This document shows, one piece after another, positions 25,063 to 37,200 of a stretch of DNA of 63,587 nucleotides. Origin of the DNA: Haliotis cracherodii. Its lineage: Eukaryota. The stretch covers positions 50,716,414 to 50,780,000 of the forward strand of contig NW_027266265.1 of assembly GCF_022045235.1 (NCBI RefSeq). The letters run 5' to 3'. Position numbers and translations under genes: made by a program. The notes below the pieces were generated by a model, which was not told the origin of the DNA, did not search any database, and saw only the letters and a program-made list of their open reading frames with translations. Each line of letters starts with the position of its first letter. Within the stretch, counting starts at the first letter, position 1.

Positions 25063-26619
25063 TATTAGAGATATTTAGAGAACTCCAATTAGCTAGGGAT
25101 TCAACAACTTAGAAAGTCAATCACTGTTAGACAATGGGTGAACAAACACACATTGTTTTTAAATATTTCGGTGATGAAAACAACCTTAACAAACGACTTA
25201 GATAATAAGCATTTGATAATAATTCAAAGCTAACAATGTGTTAAAAATCAGAATCAATGCCCTCCACAATCATTATAATGTTGACAGATTAACAGATTGT
25301 CACGTCAAAGTGAATTATTCTCTCCTAAATGACTGACGTGACACGAAACTGAGGCTATGAGGCAACACTTGTGCCTGTGAACAATGCTCGCCAGTCATAT
25401 TCTGTATCCAAACGATCGCTACTTCTTGTCGACTGGGCTCTTTCTTAAGTCCACCATCGCATTAGTCTACCTATCAACATTAGAGCACGCGACAGCCTTT
25501 GTACTCGACTTTCGCTTTCTTGACGCCCAAGATCGATCGCAGAACTCTAGAACAAGTTTTTAGGCTTGTTGGAGAAGCCTCTCATTGCCCACAGTAAATC
25601 ACTCCAGGCCTTTTTCAGATTTAGAGGCTCCTGCAACAGGTTGGGAAGATGGAATTGATCCTGTCAGCGCGTGTTCCAAAGTGAGGACAAAAAGCATATT
25701 GATTATGCTATCGATCAGTTTTCCTTGTCATAAATAAGCGAATGCTGGTGCATTATATCTGAAACTGACACCGTGGCCATTTTAAGGTGGACATTCAACG
25801 ATATTGCTTTCCTGTTGTTAGTTATCTCCCTTTGGTACGTTCTTATTGTTTAAGACGTCGAAATCGATGGATGTGTCTTCGTTGTACCTGTGTCAACAGA
25901 CCGAAATTATGCGTGGCGTTTAAATTATTAAATAGTTTCAGCGATAAGCTTTCTCGTTTTATGTAGTTATATATTGATGGAAACGAAAATAGTCACCTTG
26001 TGTATATTTCAGGCTGACAGCCAGTCCCCCAACCACCGTTATAGTGACGTCAGTAAGCTCGTGCCACGCGCCCTCCGAGACCACCCCGCAGGTGTGTCGG
26101 TCTGCCACGTGAATTAACAAGTGCACTGTCACTCAAAAGCTTCGATTAAATATGTACTATTCACCACAACAAATAGGGTAAGATCATTTTCAAAACCCTC
26201 TCGTATTTTTAACGATATCCTTAATCAAATACAACAAATTTAATAATACCCAGAGCGTAAAAGCATGAAGTTTGAATACACAATTCCAGCATTCGTGTAT
26301 TTCAATTGATTGAAATGAACTTTTCCCACTGATCGAGAAGGCATTGTTTACTTTTTATCAGGAAATCATTTTCAATATATATTTCAACGTGACCTCTCCA
26401 CTTTACTTTGATGGAGATATGCGTATGTTGCATCTCTGTGTGGTCAAAAAATGTTTTGTGAAATGGCCTCCGGTGGAGCAGGATGCGCTTCTCCATTCAG
26501 CAAACACTGGCGTCTTCACTGATCCATTCATAGTTTTGACCACTAGTTTACTTTCTACGCCAAATGGAATCGGCGAATAAGCGAGACTGGTTATTATCTA
26601 GCGTTGGCCTTTTGTATTC

Positions 26620-26861
26620 AACGTCGCTTTCAAGACAATTTCACTTATATAACTGTGTGTGTGTTTGTATGAGTCCGGACTAATGCTGGTTTTATCGTTT
26701 TTTAGCCCACTGAGTAACACGGATAACCCGATCAGACTCAGAGTGTCATTGTCGGGCAGGGTAACAACAAATATCATCTTTTAACGTCGCTATAACACGG
26801 TCGGGGATCGAACCACCGATATTCCGCTCTCAGGGCAGACGTTTAACCCACTACACCACAG
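26620..26861 (-). mobile_element. Older diverged SINE family B relative, interrupted in its tRNA head
   Basis: Reverse complement has ggttcgatccccgaccgtgttatagcgacgttaaaagatgatatttgttgttaccctg; its first bases continue at 27238-27244. Confidence 0.7.
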
Positions 26862-27224
26862 GTGGTGAGGTGAGGTGAAATGGGGTTTAGCGTCGCGTCC
26901 AAGATTATTGTACTTATATAGCGACGTGCATGCACGTGTGTGCGTGGTGTGTGTGGCTGCTTGTACTAGTCCGGACTGATGCCGATTTATAGTGCAGGCT
27001 CACTGAGATACTATGCCGCAGTTAAACATGGATACCCCACTCAAACACAGTATACTGACTCCGAGTCGACCAGTCCTTGTTTTAGCCCCTTAATGCTGAG
27101 CGCCAGACAGGGTAACAAGAAGTACCATCTTTTAACGTCTTTTTGTATGACGCGGCCGGGGATCGAACCCCGGACCTTCCGCTCTCCGGGCGGACGCTCT
27201 ACCACTAGACCACGGAGGCGGTCT
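26862..27224 (-). mobile_element. SINE family B, full length with 13-bp TSD
   Basis: Reverse complement of the 8113 and 32020 copies; TSD cactacaccacag at 26849-26861 and 27225-27237. Confidence 0.92.
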
Positions 27225-28015
27225 CACTACACCACAGAGGCGTTAAACAACAAACAAACAAAACAAACAAACATGTCTACCATACAACTTTTAAAGCTTC
27301 ATCAAGGCTTTGGATGTCGTAACCCTGATCAAACAATTTGAGCAAGTGTCGTATGATGCTCTTTGAAATCTTCGTGGAGAGAGCATGCTCGATTGTACCT
27401 CATAATAACTTAGTTTTGATTTTGCCAATCAGAGCAGTAATTCCGATTCATATGCATAACGAAACACGTATCCACAATCGGTGCCCATGGGGATACTTTC
27501 GTCTTGCCTAAATTTCTTATCCCAAAATTAACAAAGATGTTCTGAACGAGGAACTCCAGCATTCCACATAATTGTTTTCTCAGTTAACTTCAAACATATA
27601 TTTTATGTTTGACAAATTGTCCTGAACCTTTGAAAATTGACATACAACTATATTTATGGCCACCCAACTTGTTTAGAGACAAATACCCCATGGGAATGAA
27701 GCTTTATACAATGAAACCTCCCATATCTGGACTTCTTTCACTCGATATGTCTTGTAATTTCAAGACGATGAATATTGGCACAATGGTATAACATCGTCTC
27801 TCCGCGTCATGGTCTGGTCTCGAGCTCGATATGACCCCAAGGACTTCGAGTTAACGAGACTTTACCAGGGCTTGGGTGTATCAGAATGACCAAAGATAGA
27901 ATATTTGGTATAATAAAACCATGTATGTTACCAGAAATACCACATATTCAAGTCACACATATTGGGATACGGATACAGATCTTCAAGTAAGGAGATCATC
28001 TTACATATATATTAA

Positions 28016-28262
28016 CCCGTGAAGATCCGGGTTAGAAAAGGAAAAAGGCGACTATGCTTGTCGTAAGAGGCGAGTAACGGGATCGGGTGGTCAGGCTCGC
28101 TGACTTGGCTGATACATATCATCGTATCCCAATTGCGTGGATCGATGCGCATGATGTCAAGCACTGGATTATCTGGTACAGACTCGATTATTTACAGACC
28201 ACCGTTATATAGCTGGAATATTGCTGACTGCGGCGTTAAATAACAAACAAACAAACAAACAA
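28016..28262 (+). mobile_element. Retroposon family C with 12-bp TSD
   Basis: Starts cccgtgaagatccgggttagaa and ends in (AAAC)n; TSD acatatatatta at 28003-28014 and 28263-28274. Confidence 0.88.
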
Positions 28263-28464
28263 ACATATATATTACTGATATAACTTTTATAAACATTTTG
28301 ACTGACGTCATGACCCCATGATGCGTACGTCTCAGTTCCGACAGCTGGGATGAAACACTACGATAAAACAATAAAGGGTTTTATTAAGGGGCGAAAGGTA
28401 TATCAAGTCACGCCGCAGTTAGTAGTATTCCAGACTCCGAAAAGCTGTTGTCTCTCATTCAGAC

Positions 28465-28728
28465 CATTTGTGAAGATGCGGGTTAGAATAGGTCTTCAGC
28501 AACCCATGCTTGCCTTAAAAGACGCCTATGCTTGTCGTAAGAGACGAGTAACGGGATCGAGTGATCAGGCTCGCTGACTTTGTTGATTCATGTCATCGTA
28601 TCCCATTTGCGTGGATAGATGCGCATGATGTCAGTCACTGGATTGTCTGGTCCAGACTTGATTATTTACAGACCGCTGTCATATGGCTGGAATATTGGCT
28701 AGTGCGGTGTTAAACAACAAACAAACAA
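28465..28728 (+). mobile_element. Retroposon family C
   Basis: gtgaagatgcgggttagaataggtcttcagcaacccatgcttg...gttaaacaacaaacaaac. Confidence 0.85.
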
Positions 28729-29451
28729 GAAAACATCAATATGAGAGTTAATGCACATAACTGCGTTGTTTCCCTGCGAAAGAAATGAATAGTCTAATCA
28801 GGTTCGTAGAAATAGAAACAGAGAAATAATGTTTTGATTTTCAGTGATACATTCATATAATGTTTCACTGCCATTTACGCCCAATGGAAGCTGTTTCGGT
28901 GGATAATGGAGACAGGTTATTCTCTTGCGTTGACGTTTCATTTTTTCAAGTCCTTTGCTAAAACAATGGCGCCAATCCTCTGCCGGATGAACATTTTCAG
29001 TTAGAATCGACCGGTGCTGCTCAGACATCATATACAGGTGTTGCAGACATGTGTTTGCAAGCACGTGCTAACTATCCTTGTCATGTAACGTCACAACGAA
29101 AAGGTGTGGCTGTGATATATACTGGTGCAAGGTGTGTCATTTCCGTGTTGATCTGTAAAATATGTTTTTATTATATGTTGTTTTTAAAAAATCTACATCT
29201 GTGTTATTCGGGTCCTTTGTTTAAGGCGTCTCTTACTTCACGCTTTAAATTTGCTTTAATTTACTATTTAAACATTTTTCGCTGTGTTAGAATATTCATA
29301 TTTGAAAACAAACAATACATACTTTTACTGTTTAACAAGGTGTACAAAATATACTACTCAAAACAAGTTAAAGAACACCCCAACTAGAAAGCTGTGTGTG
29401 CAATACTCACTAGCCATGACAGATTATCTATAGTCATATGAATGGGGAAGC

Positions 29452-29705
29452 TGGGCTGGTATTGGTGGCCCAGTCGTCTAAAGCGTGTCCCTTGGACACT
29501 CCAGAAACCTATGATTATGGGTTCGAATCCCGGTTCGCCCCGATTATGTTCTAGGTTTGTCAGCACCATACCCGTGCCCGTGGGTTTCACCGAAGTGGTA
29601 AACATCTGAGACCTGCATCACTACGGGCTTTTCTCCCACATGAAGCTGACACGCCGCGATATAACTGGAATACTGTTAAAAGCGGCGTTAAATACAACTC
29701 ACTCA
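29452..29705 (+). mobile_element. tRNA-derived SINE family D (V-domain-like centre)
   Basis: A box GTGGCCCAGTCG, B box GGTTCGAATCC, centre gtgggtttcaccgaagtgg...cgggcttttctcccac, and a 3' end shared with family A (ctggaatactgttaaaagcggcgttaaa, (CACT)n). Confidence 0.8.
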
Positions 29706-32019
29706 TTACTTCTGAGTAGCTTATAATCACTAAGCAGCTGTGGATATAAACACGGATAGTCACGTCCTCATTCACACTTACAACTTAATTTTCCGATAGA
29801 AACAAACTGTAGCAATAAATATCAATATTTGTAATTTACAGTTAAAGGAAATTGCACAACGAACAACATCGAAAGCTTCCAAACAGTTTCAATGTTAGTA
29901 CTCCAAATGCAAATCTCGCGCTACGAACGTGACGTGAACGCGCGAGCTCAAGTGATATTGTGGCTTTTAGCATGGTTCACATTTCGCGGGCCATCGTGGA
30001 TCCCTACCGATTTCCCCACAATAGACAAATAATGGACCGGCAAACAGACCATCAAGAAAGTGTGTTTGAATTGCGCATCCCAGTCAATACAACAGGTCGC
30101 AAGCGTCGTGGACACCACAAAGGCAAGAGGACGCGGGTGATTGGGGCAACATTCCATTTACGTTGCCACTATTTCGTTAATGTTACCGGTAAACCTCTGG
30201 CATTGTCACAGCTAGAACAATGACGGGCTCAAACCATCTCCCTGCATCACCCCTGTCTAACACGTCCGTATCGCGGACATCAAAACACTTACCTGTCTCC
30301 CTTCTAGAACAAAACACCTGATCAAGGAGATGAAGAACATTTCTGAAATTATTGTTTATTTGATGCTGGTGGATGATATTTATTTCAGGATTAATGTCTA
30401 TTTGAACCGCCTTATTTAATTTGTGAGAACCTCTCGAATATGTCCGATTCTTTGCCTGGCTTTGTTGATTTCTTTTTTGGCCTCCCTATTGTGCTTGAAA
30501 TTTGTTTTGGCAAAAAGCAGGTAAAATTGAACGCTGCAGGTGAAAGATGAAGAGACACCTGTGCGGTTTTGTATGGAAGACTGTTTGGGACACGAGGCTG
30601 TGGAACAACCACCTGCCTTTGCCAGACATCTATCTACCCATGCATTGGGCGCTTTGCTTGCTCGACATGTGTAATTTAATTTGTACATTGAGGACAGCTA
30701 TCATTTTCCACTTATAGTTCTTTCTAGGAGCTAATAACAGATTAGTTAAATAACGACCAAGCTTTCGCGTCTAATGCATCTAACGCTATACTTGGTCAGC
30801 TTCGGCTGGGCGCGCTACAATCAATCACATAGCAAATGGCTACGGGCTATAGTTAGTTTTGTCATTTTCAGCGCGATCGTAATGAAACACTTGATACAAT
30901 ATAAGGATTAAAAGGACCTTTGAGTGATAGTTTTATTATTTATTTGTTGGGGAAAATCTTTGTGTAAGGCTGATGTTAGTTGTGTGAAATAATAGACATG
31001 CTCTTTGTCAAGTAGGTTTTAAAATGTTAATGTTGAGTAAACACATGTTGCTTATTGAACATATTTTTAAAGTTTTAGTGTGAACAAGTTGTTATTGTTT
31101 AATCGTTATTTTCAGCGTCTGCATTATTTTATTGTGCCAATGCAGCAATGAACAAAGAGAAGTTATAGATGTACTAAATGAAATATCATTGAAATGTCAG
31201 TTTGAAACTTTGCAGCAAAATCACGAATGTTTAGCCTTTATACAATTGTTTAATTCATTCACAGTTGTGTGAAGCTCATTTCTTGTGTCATCCACAGTGA
31301 TATCCGTGGAATATTGCTAAAAGCGGCGTAAAACCATTCTCATTCACAGATGGGGAATCATATTTTGAAAATAGTATAGATATTCAAAATATTCTAAAAT
31401 GTGTGAATGTTTCTGTAGAATATGTGCCAAACTCTTGGGGTCCATATTGTATGTGAATACATTCTTTCATAACATGCATTTACCTGCATGTAAGCAGTGA
31501 AAACATTTGACAAATATGTCAAGCTTTTTATATTATATTGTGAATTCCATTATAGTTTATTCAGCTAATATTTAATTCAAACCACTTTGTATTGTGGTGC
31601 GTCAAAGGTGGAATTTGTTCAGGTGCGCTTTTCTTCGAGATGATTGCAAGATCAATACACACACGTAGGTATACATTTGTTACCATGGAATTCAACATAT
31701 CTTTTTAAAATTATGTCACTAAGTTTCAGTGTTATTGATTGCAAATCAGGTAAGCAGCGCCGTAACAGTGCCGAGTGTGCACAAGTCATAATATTTCAAC
31801 AATATCACAGCGCATATTCTTTTGTAGCCCGTAAAATGTTTTTTCATTCCTAAATAAATATTCGAATATTATGCATCGTGTTTTTTATTTGTGAAATATC
31901 AATTAAGACATTAGAAATCACATGAGAACGGTTTTTGTGACAAGATGTGAGAAAACCAGACAACTCAGGAATTTCTCCGAATATTAATGCCTGTTTCATT
32001 GTTATGTTCAGATAAACAG

Positions 32020-32349
32020 GGACCGCCTCCGTGGTCTAGTGGTAGAGCGTCCGCCCGGAGAGCGGAAGGTCCGGGCTTCGATCCCCGGCCGCGTCATACC
32101 AAAAGACGTTAAAAGATGGTACTTGTTGTTACTCTGTCTGGCGCTCGGTATTAAGGGGCTAAAACAAGGACTGGTCGGCTCGGAGTCAGTATACTGTGTT
32201 TGAGTGGGGTATCCATGTTAAACTGCGGCATGGTATCTCAGTGATCTAGCACTATAAATCGGCATCAGTCCGGACTAGTACAAGCAGCCAAAAGCAGTCG
32301 CTATATAAATGCAATAATGAAATGACGTTAAACCCCATTTCACCTCACC
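32020..32349 (+). mobile_element. SINE family B with 12-bp TSD
   Basis: Full head and body; TSD tcagataaacag at 32008-32019 and 32350-32361. Confidence 0.92.
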
Positions 32350-33594
32350 TCAGATAAACAGTATTAACATCCTTGTTTCGAACCTTAATAAATTGGATTT
32401 TAGAGGACAACACGTATTAAATGAAATACACGTCTCATTAGTCGGTAATGTGTGAATCCTGACAACTTTGTCTACTGAACATGACTAAACTTACGATCCA
32501 TGTGGAGCCAAGCTCTATGATCTGCGTAACCAATTCCTACGTATTTGGTACACACATAAAACCCCACTGATACCATAACGCCGGTAAGGTCTTACGGTTT
32601 CCTTTTAACACGCACCAACAATCAGAAGGCGTACATAACCCTCTTTGATAGACGTCTAATTGTTACAATTCACTATGAATTCCCTCACAATGCATATATT
32701 CTTTTGGACTAATATTTTGGTATTTTAATTTCAAAAATAGTTTTAGATAATACCAACAAATATTATACTTATACTTATGCTAACCACCCTAGAGTAGTAA
32801 ATACGTATTTCTTAAAATTCCTCGCACTGCTTTGAGTCGTATTTTCATCTGTCCATAACCAATCTGTATGTGACAGATGATTTATGTCCTAATAACTGAT
32901 CCCCGTTTTGCACTAGGACAAATAAAACGGAAACATCCCCTACTGACGTACTCACAGGACTCATGTCACTATTCTTCACTTGTCTATTTCCCACCTGTTT
33001 GATTGAAAGGTGATCAAAGATCAATGGGTTTGCGACCTCCCGCACCCCAGGAAACCCCGAGCTACCTGTGCCAGCCTTCTGGTATGAGGGGGTTAGACAG
33101 GGGTTGCCCAGGGGAGCAAGGAGTCCTCCCAGAGCTATGAGACAGGTAGATCGCGATTACTACACATACCGCAAGGTATTAGGGCTGCGTTTGGTCGAAT
33201 GACACGACGTGTATGTTTCGGTGCTACTACTGTCGTCTCGTCATTTAACATTCTGTTTGCTCGAAATGATATATATATTGTTTCAGCATCCATTTAAGAT
33301 CATGATAACGGCGATCTACAGTCTGTCACCCGCATCGTTGACGATTCATTTACTAGTTTCCAAAATATGTAACTGAGTGAGTGAGTTAAAATTTAACGTC
33401 AAATCGGCATTATTTCAGTCATACAGCGATGAACAAATATTTATGTAACTAAAAAAAACAAATATATTTTTCTATTTCAAATTTCGTCATAAAATATAGT
33501 TTGAAAAGTTATTCGATTGTGCTAAAGGAATTCAATTTCACTCATGCATCTACAAGAAAAAATGATAACACGAGCCTCGGGGCCTTCCTAAAAT

Positions 33595-33758
33595 CGAGGT
33601 GGTGTGTAGCCAAGTGGGTAAAGCGTTCGCTCATCACACAGAAGGCCTGGGTTCGATTTCACAGATGGGTACAATGTGTGAAGCCCAGTTCTGGAGTCCC
33701 CCTGTCGTGACGTTGCTGGAACACTGCAAAAGCGACATCCAACCACACTAACTCACTC
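33595..33758 (+). mobile_element. SINE family A copy
   Basis: gtagccaagtgggtaaagcgttcgctcatcac...gggttcgattt...atgggtacaatgtgtgaagccc. Confidence 0.82.
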
Positions 33759-34024
33759 GTTTCACATTCGCCATTGTTTTTAGTTTCCAATGCGGTGTAG
33801 AGGCATGCACAAAGTAGACAGTGGACAGACAGTCAGCGGACAGTATGGGGATGCTCACACGAGTTCTTGCTTATCATAGACATTGATGCAGTGTGGGTGT
33901 GGCGGGGTCTTCACGGTCTGGCTACTTCCAAATTGGACTACTCTGTAAAAAAATATAAAAAAGTCAACGCCAGAGAATAATCAGTCTCGACTATAAGATT
34001 CCTTTGGGCGAAAAAGTCAAAACT

Positions 34025-34251
34025 TGCTGTAAAAGGCGACAATGCTTGTCGGAAGAGTCGATTATCGGGATCGGGTGGTCAGACTCGCTGACTTGGTGCA
34101 TGTCATCGTATCTCAATCACTGGATTGTCTGGTCCAGAATTGATTATTTACATGCCGCCGTCATAAAGATGGAATATTGCTGATTTCGGCGTTAAAAAAC
34201 AAACCACAAACAAACAAACAAACAAACAAACAAACAAACAAACAAACAAAC
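34025..34251 (+). mobile_element. Retroposon family C with expanded (AAAC)n tail
   Basis: aaggcgacaatgcttgtcggaagagtcg...cgggatcgggtggtcagactcgctgacttgg followed by about 11 AAAC units. Confidence 0.82.
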
Positions 34252-37200
34252 CTTCCATGTGTAGGGTTTAGTCTTAATCAAAGGACAGTCAAACATAGAA
34301 AGCCAGCTGTTGAAATGGCAACTGACGGTTACAGTTTGATTGTTTGATTGTTTGTACTACTGGTACACTGATTTGAAAATTTGACTGAAGGAACACGACA
34401 ATGCTGGATGTAATTGACGATACTGTATATGTTTCATCTCAAGGACAATATCCACGGAAATGTTTTCTTACTTGCAATATAGATTGATATAATCTCAATA
34501 AAGTTCAAATTACTTAAGAATCATTTAGAAAGTAGTTTTACACAGCTTCATATTTTCATATGTTTCAGATAATTCTGTTCGTCTGTTTTTTTTAAAAAGG
34601 ATTTTAAACTTTGATTTTGTTCCTCCCGATTAAAACATGGCTATGTGTATTTAAATACAGTACTAGAAAACAGTAATACAGTACTAGCAGAGTATTATGT
34701 AAAGACGGTACAAGATAACATTATGAGAAATTGCATCATTTATTTTAAATATGTACCTTTGTTTATTGTGCATGGTCTAATTCATTTAAAAAAATATATG
34801 AAGAAAATATACGGTAGTTGCAGTCAAATCTTATATCATTGTTTATTCCCACAACGTAAGTGTATTTACGATATGTTAACACATATTCCGAACAAAAATA
34901 CAAATCACTTACTTATTAACAAAGCAGAACAGATAAATGCCTCCACATACAGACAGGGTCAACAAAACGCACCGCTGGCATTCACGATTGCCAGATACAA
35001 GATGATTGACAGGTCGGCATTTCACCTCAGGTGAGTCGATCAATAGAAACAGGTGCAACGTTCAGAGCAGGTGTTATCTGGGTCTGACAGAGTGGGCAAT
35101 AACGATATAGGGATCTATGGACCTCGGAACACTGTGTTTGTTGCGACAGTATGTGAGACGTGTTTGGAAACGGTGCAGCTGTATTTCACCACCAGGTATT
35201 ATTTCAACACGGCACACTGCTGGTGGGTGAAGTGGGCGATGGTACTAACTAAACCGAACTATCAATACTACAACGAAATTTTTTTTTTTATTTATATTTC
35301 CTATTGAAAAAAGTCAATTATGCGTGATTTCAGCTTTTTTGTAGTGATTAGAAACATAAAAATGTTAAATAGTTATTTTACGTTTATTACATTAAAAATA
35401 TAATTTTTAATTTTGAAAAATATGATTATAAAGTTTACTACCTTATCAAATCAAACTACATAAATATTTGACGAAACTTTCATTTGGGATCACTTTTTCA
35501 TGCCAAGTTCCCTCGGGACTTTAAACGTTGTCAAACAGCTCCGATAACTGCAGTGTGCAGATTTTATCCAGCTGTTGTACATATAAGCTCTAATTATTGA
35601 CATGTCTTTTAAAAATCTGCTGAAAGTCTATTCCATGCCCCGCCGAGAACACTGACAGACATTATTGTACTCAATATCATTCCACAGCAGGCGTAGTGGT
35701 TGGGTTTGACTTTTGGTGTTAACCAAAACAGCTATTTGGCGAAACATTCATAAAACAAGAACGGATATTAGTCCACCACACAGCATTAGGCAGCATTTCC
35801 AATTTGTTAAACACCATCAACCAAGGCAATGACTTTGCAACGCTTATCAACTTAATCAGATCTGTTATACTGTCAAAATGACTATCACTAGTGCTGTATT
35901 CTGCAATAGTCGTGAAGTCATTTCAACATAACAAGAACTTCTCAGAGATATAATCAAGTACCTTTGCCACAAATATATACTAGCATACAGACGAATTGCA
36001 ACAAAGAAAGTTATTAAATGGCGATATGCGCCTCTATATGTGTCTTGTGTCTTGAGGTAATTTCATTTGAAATCAAGATCTATATAAAAATGACATAAAT
36101 CTATTTTTTTACAAGTCTCATTTATTAGAATCATTGAACTATAATTTGTATTAGGATAGAAGTCATATTTATCATGATTTTTGCATTCATTGCACGTTCA
36201 GCTCTAGAACAATGGAGCCTTGAAAACGCGCCACAGTTGATATATACATTATAGTTTATAAAGATACCGCCAGTGAATAACAATCACACGATCCGAACAC
36301 GACTTAGTTATATTAATTCATACAAACTATTTTCAATAATAAAAAATGCTTTCTCTTGTGGTAATTATGAGCATGGGAGAATATTTTGCCCCCAACGCTT
36401 GGCAGGAATGCCTAAATGTGAATGCAGTATTTTAAAGCTGGCTTACTTTATTTAGTTTATATCATGGCGTAAGTCACAGCTTAGAGTAACACATATTGTA
36501 GACGTTTCTTACATGGTGATTGACCAGCGTGTACAATCAGGACGTTGCTGTAATTCGAACACACGATACGATTTTTGTATCTCGATGTCAGCGCCTTGAA
36601 CAAAATGTCACCTGTCACCCCTAGAAATTATGCATAAATATGGTATAAGGTTCCCAGGTACACCCGTCATGGTATCGAAACATCGCTGACTAAACCCCTC
36701 ACTACCTCGCGTCACTGTGTCCACTTGACAACTGATAACTATACACCAAACACCTTATCCCTTCTTGATAGCGAGATCCACGCCAGTAATTAATCATTAA
36801 GATATTTTCCTATGTTTTTTTGCGGATATCGGATCGGAAATGCACGAGCATGTCCTCGAAAGCTGCGCGGCTGGTAGTTGGCATTGCGCCTGCGCGTTGA
36901 CAGGTGATGTAAAGCGCGCGCAAGTTGGCAGCAGACGACACCGTGTTTACCGCGCGCAGGTGCGAAACTGGCAGATGGACAACTTGATAAGGCTGTGCAG
37001 GTGAAAAGAAAACAGTTCGGATCTAGCAACCTGTCCTAGGAAACGCTTTAAGAGGATTTGTGAGGCGAGATGTTCAGCTGATGTAAGCCAAAATCGGCGA
37101 GTGGGGGGCTTCATGTTGAGACATTGAGACATCAACTTGTTACTGTAGCGTTTGAACGCTTCCAAACACAAATCTACGATTGAGAAAACTGTCAAATTAT

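Noticed and set aside
25380-25730. Balanced-composition stretch that looked exon-like
   Set aside because: Manual minus-strand translation shows stops in all frames and no recognisable motif, and the ORF track has nothing on either strand; left unassigned.
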